Below are positions 26,092-32,000 of a stretch of DNA of 32,000 nucleotides, one piece after another; the first letter of the stretch is position 1, and each line of letters opens with the position of its first letter. This DNA is from Candidatus Electrothrix sp. GW3-4 (GTDB lineage: Bacteria > Desulfobacterota > Desulfobulbia > Desulfobulbales > Desulfobulbaceae). The notes under the pieces were generated by a model. The model was not told where the DNA came from. It was given only the letters and a program-made list of their open reading frames with translations, and ran no database searches. A program made the translations under genes and the position numbers. Location: positions 2,340,001 to 2,372,000 of the forward strand of contig NZ_CP147990.1 in the NCBI RefSeq assembly GCF_037902255.1, read 5' to 3'.

Positions 26092-27336
26092 TTAGTTCTG
26101 CTCTTCTTTTGGCGGGTTCTCCTGCTCCAGGTTAAAGGCCTCATGCAGGGCCCGAACCGCCAGTTCGGTGTACTTCTCGGCAACCACGCAAGAGACCTTG
26201 ATCTCCGAGGTGGAGATCATCATGATATTGATACCCTCACCGGATAAAATCCGGAACATGGTAGAGGCAATACCAGAGTGATTGCGCATCCCCACACCCA
26301 CGATGGACACCTTAACGATCCCCTCATCACCGCTTACAGACTCGGCCCCGATCTCCTCAGCAACCTTCTGCACGATCTCCATAGTCCGGGCGTAATCGGT
26401 TCGCATCACGGTGAAAGTCATGTCGGTCATCTCCCCTTGCCTGGTATTCTGAAGAATCATATCCACCAGAATGCCCGCATCGGAGATGGGTTGAAAGATC
26501 TTTGAAGCGATACCCGGCTGATCCGGCACCTTGGTAATGGTGATACGTGCTTCATTCTTATTATAGGTAATACCGGAAACCTGCATGGATTCCATCATAA
26601 CTTTCTCCTCTTCAACGACCCAGGTGCCCTCGTTTTCTGAAAATGTGGAACGAACATGTAACGGAACGTTATAGCGTTTAGCCAAGCCAACCGAGCGGAT
26701 CTCCAGCACCTTGGCACCAAGGCTGGCGAGCTCCAGCATTTCGTCATAGGTTATCTTGCTAATCTTGCGCGCCTGCGCACAGATATTGGGGTCTGTGGTG
26801 TACACCCCCTCTACATCGGTAAAGATCTCGCAGGCATCTGCCTTGAGTGCAGCAGCCAGGGCCACTGCCGTGGTATCTGAGCCACCCCGGCCCAGGGTGG
26901 TGATATCGCCCTCATCATCCACGCCCTGAAAGCCTGCAATGACCACGACCTTGCCTGCATCCAGGTGTTTCTGAATCAGCTGGGTATCGATGTCCTTGAT
27001 CCGGGCCTTGGTATGCATAGCATCGGTATGGATATGCACCTGATCTCCCAGCAGGGAGATCGCATCACTACCTGCCGCTTTCACAGCCATAGCAAAGAGG
27101 GCAATGGTCACCTGCTCTCCGGTGGAGAGCAGCATGTCCATCTCCCTGGGATCGGGCATCTTCTGCATCTCTGCCGCCATGCTGAGCAGCTTATCTGTCT
27201 GGCCGGACATGGCAGAAAGCACCACCACCATCTGATGGCCCTGCCGTTGCTGCCTGAGCACCCGCTCAGCCACGTTTTTTATCTTATCGGTGGACCCCAC
27301 AGAGGTCCCGCCGAATTTCTGCACTATGAGCGCCAT
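26092..27336 (-). CDS. lysC: aspartate kinase (monofunctional, with tandem ACT domains)
   Basis: 414 aa. It has MALIVQKFGGTSVG, VVVLSAMSGQTD, TTLGRGGSDTTAVALAAAL and C-terminal ACT repeats (VSIVGVGMRNHSGIAS). Confidence 0.95.
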   Translation of the reverse strand: MALIVQKFGGTSVGSTDKIKNVAERVLRQQRQGHQMVVVLSAMSGQTDKLLSMAAEMQKMPDPREMDMLLSTGEQVTIALFAMAVKAAGSDAISLLGDQVHIHTDAMHTKARIKDIDTQLIQKHLDAGKVVVIAGFQGVDDEGDITTLGRGGSDTTAVALAAALKADACEIFTDVEGVYTTDPNICAQARKISKITYDEMLELASLGAKVLEIRSVGLAKRYNVPLHVRSTFSENEGTWVVEEEKVMMESMQVSGITYNKNEARITITKVPDQPGIASKIFQPISDAGILVDMILQNTRQGEMTDMTFTVMRTDYARTMEIVQKVAEEIGAESVSGDEGIVKVSIVGVGMRNHSGIASTMFRILSGEGINIMMISTSEIKVSCVVAEKYTELAVRALHEAFNLEQENPPKEEQN

Positions 27337-27435
27337 AATAATTTCGATTCCTTTGAATTCAATCTAATTGCTTTTCTTGTTCTGCCCTCTCAGACCGCCC
27401 AAAAGGACAGCGGGCAACACGCACATAGGATCGAC

Positions 27436-27464
27436 ATTCTAAAAACGTCTCTGTAAATTTGCAA
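27436..27464 (-). promoter_or_regulatory. putative sigma70-type promoter of lysC
   Basis: On the minus strand: TTGCAA (27464-27459), a 17-nt spacer, then TAGAAT (27441-27436), about 100 nt upstream of the lysC ATG. Confidence 0.4.
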
Positions 27465-27503
27465 GTCTAATCCGAGGTTGATTTCTGTGCAATCAACCTT
27501 CGC

Positions 27504-27732
27504 TCACTGAAGCAGGAAAAAATACAGCGCTGACAGGAAGGCCTCGCTGTTACCAGGGCTCTTGACACTGCCACTTTCATACGAGCCTGCATCACAGCCA
27601 CTCCCAATCGGCCGGACCACGCCACGTTGCGGTATCGCTATTGGCCGCAGTAATCTCAGCTGCCCGTGTCCAGCCCGGTGCCAATACAAGCAGTCCCATC
27701 AACATAACGAAATACCTTAATTGTCTTTTCAT
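27504..27732 (-). pseudogene. collapsed, frameshifted paralogue of the downstream beta-helix protein gene
   Basis: The ATG at 27732 gives MKRQLRYFVMLMGLLVLAPGWTRAAEITAANSDTA... and then stops. A second frame (track ORF 27504..27689) continues ...PQRGVVRPIGSGCDAGSYE. These match the signal peptide plus AIIAAN block and the DQRGQSRPEGAGCDAGSFE block of the 27894..29639 protein, with the whole repeat region missing. The 5' leader is also shared. Confidence 0.6.
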
Positions 27733-27819
27733 CTTGTCCTCCCAGCAGGCTTGCAGTGGCAAAAAATATCAAGCCACTGCCAAGTAATCTCTTCAAGCGA
27801 CAACTATACGTCTCATATC

Positions 27820-27854
27820 AAAAAAGGCGGAGCCTTGCGGCCCCGCCTTTTTTT
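27820..27854 (-). terminator. bidirectional-looking rho-independent terminator after the beta-helix protein gene
   Basis: AAAAAA-GGCGGAGCC-TTGC-GGCCCCGCC-TTTTTTT (stem 27826-27847 with one mismatch). It sits 40 nt past the stop at 27894 and has a U-tract on both strands. Confidence 0.65.
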
Positions 27855-27893
27855 ACTCAATACTCAATAATGTCAGCTCAGAGCGAATCTTTC

Positions 27894-29639
27894 CTACAGC
27901 TCCTCTTGCAAAATCGCTATGGCATCCTGCACACGATCATACACCTCTTCCTGACTTAGACAGTCGTTAATCCAATCATTTTTATCTGGAGTTATCTCTG
28001 ATGCTCCAGACGCCTCTGAGTTAGCGCATCCATCTGTTTTACCCAGAATACTGTGCTGAAGCTTACTCGCAGCCTCCGTATAGAGTTCTTCATCAACCAG
28101 CTCAATGGTGTTATCAATCTGCTTACTCAGGGTCTTCTGCTTGTTCTGATTATCAAACACCGTAGCATCAAGGGAGGTCACGACCATTGCGGTTTCCTCC
28201 AAGATGGCAATGGTGGCTTCACTTGGAGCAATAGCCAGCACCTCGACAGGACCTGGCTCACTTTCCTCTATACCGTCGCTGACAACAAGGTTGACCTGGT
28301 AGGTTCCAGGCAGATCAGCAAGAAAACAGGGTGCCACAGCTGTTGGGTCATCAAACTCTGCCGTACTCCCCACAGGCCATGCTGTAAGCTCCCAGGAATA
28401 GGAGAGCGGGTCATTATCAGGGTCGGAACTGGCACTGCCATCAAGGCAGACCGTTTCTCCTTGAATTACGGACTGATCCTCCCCAGCATTGGCAACAGGA
28501 AGGTTATTCAGTACCCACTCAAAAGACCCTGCATCGCAACCGGCGCCCTCAGGGCGGCTTTGTCCACGCTGATCTACCGTAAGCCCAGTGAAACATTCCA
28601 CATCCCAATCAATGGCCGGACTTCCATCAACTAAGGCATGGGTCATGGTCAATCCGCCATTATCAGCTAATGGATTAAGGATAGCGGACAGGGCAATATT
28701 CGCACCGTCACTCGTTGCATTAAAGTTGCTTCCGTCAGGGGCAAAACCAGAGCCATAGAATGCCTCAGACTCACTCTCACCGCTATCACCAAAAAAGTTA
28801 AATGCCATAGCAGCAGTAACATCAGGAAAACGAGAGCCGATATAAACTTCATTGCCTACACCAGTGACTTCGTTACCGCTAATAATAGAGCTATTCACCG
28901 TGACGCCACCCCCATCCCAAAAAGCAAGCCCCCCTACATAAATCCCCCCACCGTTCCCACCAGCAGTATTTCCGCTGACAGTGACGTTATTCAACATCAT
29001 TTCCCCAAAGATGGACATTGCCTCTATGTAGATCCCCCCACCATTACCATCAGCACTGTTTCCACTAACCGTGACGTTGTTTAGCGTTAGGATGCTAGAC
29101 GGGCTGCTAAAAATACCTCCGCCATTGCCATAAGCATCATTTCCAGTAACCGTGACCTTATTCAGCGTAAGCGTGCCCCAACAGGCATTGGTAAGTCCTC
29201 CGCCGTTACCCGGAAGATGTGCATGGTTTCCACCGGTAACCGTGGCATTATTCAGGGTTAACTCTCCACCAATGCAGGGATCATCATCGTATGGTCCTGT
29301 GCTTACTTTCAAGACGTACCCAACACCACCATTGCCATCAATAGTATGCCCCTGTCCTTCAATAATGATTGAACTTATAATCGGCGGTCTCGCGTCCTCG
29401 TCCAGCTGCGGATCATCAAGCACAACATCGGTCTCCAGCGTGATGATATCAGTAGCAATTGCATCATCATCTCCCGGACCGCACCAGCCTTGAGCTTGAT
29501 TGGTGTTTGCCGCAATGATGGCATCAGCCAAGGTACAGTTCCCAGCCGCATCCACAACGATCTCAGCAGCATGCCCCTGAATTGGTGCCAGTGCAAGCAA
29601 TCCAATCAACGTGGCTAAATACTTCTTGTGTCTTTTCAT
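27894..29639 (-). CDS. secreted right-handed beta-helix protein (choice-of-anchor-Q-like) with a PKD-like domain and a C-terminal helical module
   Basis: I place the start at MKRHKKYLATLIGLLALAPIQGHAAE (ATG 29639, GGAGGA SD). Next come CTLADAIIAANTN and repeated NNVTVSGN..GNGGGI turns, closing with DQRGQSRPEGAGCDAGSFE. A PKD-like domain follows (PVANAGEDQSV...LDGSASSDPDNDPLSYSWE). The Cys-pair helical tail is ILGKTDGCAN...DKNDWINDC. Confidence 0.85.
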   Translation of the reverse strand: MKRHKKYLATLIGLLALAPIQGHAAEIVVDAAGNCTLADAIIAANTNQAQGWCGPGDDDAIATDIITLETDVVLDDPQLDEDARPPIISSIIIEGQGHTIDGNGGVGYVLKVSTGPYDDDPCIGGELTLNNATVTGGNHAHLPGNGGGLTNACWGTLTLNKVTVTGNDAYGNGGGIFSSPSSILTLNNVTVSGNSADGNGGGIYIEAMSIFGEMMLNNVTVSGNTAGGNGGGIYVGGLAFWDGGGVTVNSSIISGNEVTGVGNEVYIGSRFPDVTAAMAFNFFGDSGESESEAFYGSGFAPDGSNFNATSDGANIALSAILNPLADNGGLTMTHALVDGSPAIDWDVECFTGLTVDQRGQSRPEGAGCDAGSFEWVLNNLPVANAGEDQSVIQGETVCLDGSASSDPDNDPLSYSWELTAWPVGSTAEFDDPTAVAPCFLADLPGTYQVNLVVSDGIEESEPGPVEVLAIAPSEATIAILEETAMVVTSLDATVFDNQNKQKTLSKQIDNTIELVDEELYTEAASKLQHSILGKTDGCANSEASGASEITPDKNDWINDCLSQEEVYDRVQDAIAILQEEL

Positions 29640-29708
29640 CCTGTCCTCCCAGCAGGGTTGCAACGGCAGAGTGTTTGACGCTGCCGCCAGTTAGATTATC
29701 AAGGTCTA

Positions 29709-29736
29709 GTAATACGACATTTATGCAACTTGTCAA
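29709..29736 (-). promoter_or_regulatory. putative sigma70-type promoter of the beta-helix protein gene
   Basis: On the minus strand: TTGACA (29736-29731), a 16-nt spacer, then TATTAC (29714-29709). This leaves a ~60-nt leader that contains a hairpin and the shared CUGCUGGGAGGACA RBS block. Confidence 0.4.
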
Positions 29737-29948
29737 CCTTTTTCTATCAAATCATCAAGGTATACTGGCTAAAAAATACTCACCACATAAGTCAACCCCC
29801 CTCCTCCTCTGAGACAAAGGCCTTATCCCGCCTTGAGCAGATTCCCCCTTGCCGCCACAGACGCACCTTGTTGCGGACAGTCCTGGATATAGACGAAATG
29901 GTTCCCTACCTTGCTCTACCTTGCCCCTCAGGAGCCAATAAGATTCTC

Positions 29949-29977
29949 TTGACAAAGCCTGTACTGCATTTTAGGAT
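29949..29977 (+). promoter_or_regulatory. putative sigma70-type promoter of the rhodanese/oxidoreductase genes
   Basis: TTGACA (29949-29954), a 17-nt spacer, then TAGGAT (29972-29977), about 150 nt upstream of the start at 30131/30137. Confidence 0.35.
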
Positions 29978-30130
29978 CATTTATTGACCTTCCGTCTAAA
30001 TCTACGGGCGCCATGTGTAGCCTCTTCCTCTTTCTCTTTTCCCCGCTCACCTTCAGCAGGAAGGCGCACTCCATGAGCCCACGACAGGCAGCTTTTACCT
30101 TGTGCCATCCCTTCATCTCAACAAAGCGGT

Positions 30131-30970
30131 GTGAATATGCGTTGGAAACAATTTCTTACTCCGGTCAAGTCACTCAATGCACCGGAGACCAGAAAGTACC
30201 TGAATGATCTTTCCGTTGATGACTATAACATCATAGATGTACGCCAACCTGGTGAGTATAAAAGTGGACATATCCCAGGGGCAAAACTCATCCCAGTGGC
30301 GGAACTGGCCGAGCGCAGCAAAGAGCTTGACCCGGAAAAGCCCACCGTAGTCTACTGAGCCATTGGCGGGCGCAGCCGGGTTGCTGCCCAGATGCTGGCA
30401 GGTAAAGGGTTTGCCGAGGTAATCAATATGGCTGGCGGGATCAAGGCCTGGAACAGTGATACGGCCATTGGCCCTGAGGACACTGGCATGGCCCTGTTCT
30501 CGGGCAAGGAAGAGATCGGGGAGGTCCTCCTGATCGCCTATGCCTTAGAGGCCGGGCTTCAGGATTTCTACACCTTGATGCAAGAGCAGGTCAGGCAGGA
30601 GGAGGTCAGGTCTCTGTTCAGTAAGCTCAGCGCCATTGAGGTGAAGCATCAGGATCGGATCTTTGCTGAATACCAGCAGATAACAGCGCCCCCCCTGAGC
30701 CGGGAAGAATTTGAGCGTAAGGCAGAGGTCCAGGCTATGGAGGGCGGCCTGACCACTGAGGAGTACCTGGCCCTCTACCCCACTGATATGGAGGTGGCTA
30801 CGGAAGTACTTTCTCTGGCCATGGGCATTGAGGCCCAGGCCCTTGACCTCTATCTCCGGGCGGCTGCCAACTGTTCCGATGGAGCGACCCAGCAGACCCT
30901 TCTTCGTATTGCCGAGGAAGAGCGCACCCACCTCAAACTACTGGGCGATCTGATGGACGAAAGAGCATGA
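30131..30970 (+). CDS. selenocysteine-containing rhodanese fused to a ferritin/rubrerythrin-like diiron domain (TGA 30356-30358 read as Sec)
   Basis: Track ORFs 30131..30358 and 30392..30970 share one frame and are separated only by one TGA and 11 sense codons. The read-through junction is PTVVY-U-AIGGRSRVAAQMLAGKGFAEVINMAGGIKAWN, which puts the TGA at the catalytic Cys of the rhodanese CxxGxR[ST] loop. The C-terminal half has E...ExxH...E...ExxH (ALEAG, AIEVKH, GIEAQ, EERTH). The start is GTG 30131 or ATG 30137. Confidence 0.75.
30368..30389 (+). promoter_or_regulatory. candidate bacterial SECIS hairpin
   Basis: GGGCGCAGC (30368-30376) / loop CGGGUU (30377-30382) / GCUGCCC (30383-30389): 7 bp with one bulged C and a GGU in the apical loop. 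It starts 9 nt after the UGA. Confidence 0.5.
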
Positions 30971-31005
30971 GCAGAAGCAGCGCACGCATTTAACGAGGAC
31001 ATATT

Positions 31006-32000
31006 ATGAGCAAACGACTGGTAATTGCTGGTGGCGGCCATGCCCATATGCTGACCCTGGCCCACCTGGAGGACTTTGTTGCCAAGGGCTTTGAGGTGAC
31101 AGTGATTGGCCCGGACAGCCACCATTACTATTCCGGCATGGGACCGGGCATGTTGGGCGGCACCTACCGCCCCGAGGAGATCCGCTTTGCCACCCAGCAG
31201 CTGGTGGAGAACAAGGGCGGCCTGTTTATCCAGGCCAAGGTAACCGGTATCCAGCCTCTTGAACGGGCCGTCCGGCTCAGCTCTGGTGAGGAGGTGCCCT
31301 ATGATGTCCTGTCCTGCAACCTGGGCAGCCAGGTCCCGGCGGATCTGATCAAGGGACCGCTGGAGGATATCTTTCTGGTCAAACCCATTGAGCGGCTGTT
31401 CAAGGCCAGGCAACGGATCCTTGAACTGGGGGCCAAGCAAAGGATAAGGATCGCCGTGGTAGGCGGCGGCCCCTCTGCGGTGGAGATCGCGGGCAATATC
31501 TGGCGGCTGGGCCAGGAGCCCGGTATGCAGGAACCGGCCATCACCGTCTTTGCCGGTCGTTCCCTGATGCCCCATCATTCGCCAGGGGTGCGCCAGCGGG
31601 CCGTGGCCTCCCTTGCTGCCCGCTCCATCAAGGTCATCAGTAACACCCGGGTGCAACAGATCCATCAGCGCCAGCTCTTTGATAGCGAGGGCATCACCCA
31701 CAAGTTCGATATCATCTTTGTGGCGGTGGGGGTGCAGCCCAACAGGCTCATTGGCGAGTCCGGCATCCCCACTGGCCCCCAGGGCGGCATGCTGGTGAAC
31801 CGCTATCTGCAAAGCATTAAGCATACGCGCATCTTTGGTGGCGGGGATTGCATTGACTTCCAGGACAGGCCCTTGGACAAGGTGGGGGTCTATGCGGTCC
31901 GCCAGAACCCCATTCTCCGGCATAACCTGATGGCAGCCCTGACCGGGGAGCGGATGCAGGCCTTTGCACCTGGGGGCAAGTATCTCCTCATCTTCAACCT
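31006..32000 (+). CDS. FAD-dependent pyridine nucleotide-disulfide oxidoreductase (NDH-2/SQR-like; resembles the SelD-associated TIGR03169 type); 3' end off window
   Basis: Absent from the ORF track because it is open to the window edge. RBS GAGGA lies 6 nt before ATG 31006. Hand translation gives MSKRLVIAGGGHAHMLTLAHLEDFVAKGFEVTVIGPDSHHYYSGMGPGMLGG...RIAVVGGGPSAVEIAGNI...IFGGGDCID, with two Rossmann GxGxxG/A motifs and the GD motif. The 357-aa minus ORF 30850..31923 is its antisense shadow. Confidence 0.85.
   Translation, partial: MSKRLVIAGGGHAHMLTLAHLEDFVAKGFEVTVIGPDSHHYYSGMGPGMLGGTYRPEEIRFATQQLVENKGGLFIQAKVTGIQPLERAVRLSSGEEVPYDVLSCNLGSQVPADLIKGPLEDIFLVKPIERLFKARQRILELGAKQRIRIAVVGGGPSAVEIAGNIWRLGQEPGMQEPAITVFAGRSLMPHHSPGVRQRAVASLAARSIKVISNTRVQQIHQRQLFDSEGITHKFDIIFVAVGVQPNRLIGESGIPTGPQGGMLVNRYLQSIKHTRIFGGGDCIDFQDRPLDKVGVYAVRQNPILRHNLMAALTGERMQAFAPGGKYLLIFN

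Noticed and set aside
27474-27500. 9-bp hairpin AGGTTGATT...AATCAACCT after the pseudogene, considered as a terminator or as part of a lysine riboswitch for lysC
   Set aside because: There is no U-tract on either strand. It lies upstream of the predicted lysC -35 box, and I could not recognise the L-box conserved core in the lysC leader.
29640-29663. Upstream ATG (MQPCWEDR...) for the beta-helix protein
   Set aside because: The GGAGGA Shine-Dalgarno site lies inside this extension and is correctly spaced for the MKRHKK start. The paralogous remnant also starts at the equivalent MKRQLR.
30850-31923. 357-aa minus-strand ORF
   Set aside because: It is antisense to the FAD-dependent oxidoreductase (clear GxGxxG motifs on the + strand) and overlaps the end of the rhodanese fusion. 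Its composition is low-complexity Ala/Gly/Leu/His/Pro.

Overview
The window looks like a chromosomal segment from a selenocysteine-using anaerobe. A Desulfobulbales-like deltaproteobacterium is a low-confidence guess from gene content only. All calls come from hand translation and motif recognition; no searches were run.

The housekeeping backbone is GC-richer and mostly on the minus strand: bioD, trpB, a dgt-like HD hydrolase, an aminotransferase, an mscS-family channel, miaA, comEA-like, a TlpA-like redoxin, a GGCT-like gene, cimA and lysC. Three A/T-richer accessory blocks interrupt it.

1. 3886-12477: an AbiL-like ABC-type ATPase plus RloB/Toprim pair, transcribed divergently from a 2115-aa orphan giant protein. 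The giant's first ~185 aa carry a caspase/CHAT-like His-Cys dyad. The remainder is TPR-like and unassigned helical sequence with no NTPase motif. This is my best candidate for an undescribed defence or conflict system.

2. 22127-25985: a PilZ protein, a terminator, a GEMM-I-like (c-di-GMP riboswitch-like) element, a tiny ORF with a strong RBS, a secreted Lys/Ala/Glu-repeat protein and a TPR plus beta-barrel outer-membrane protein. At 27504-29639 there is a secreted beta-helix/PKD protein and a collapsed, frameshifted paralogue that shares its 5' leader.

3. 30131-32000: a gene the ORF track splits in two at an in-frame TGA. The TGA sits at the catalytic Cys position of a rhodanese fused to a ferritin-like diiron domain, and a SECIS-like hairpin follows it. 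Next comes an FAD-dependent oxidoreductase of the type I recall as linked to SelD.

I saw no rRNA, tRNA, CRISPR array, integrase or IS element.
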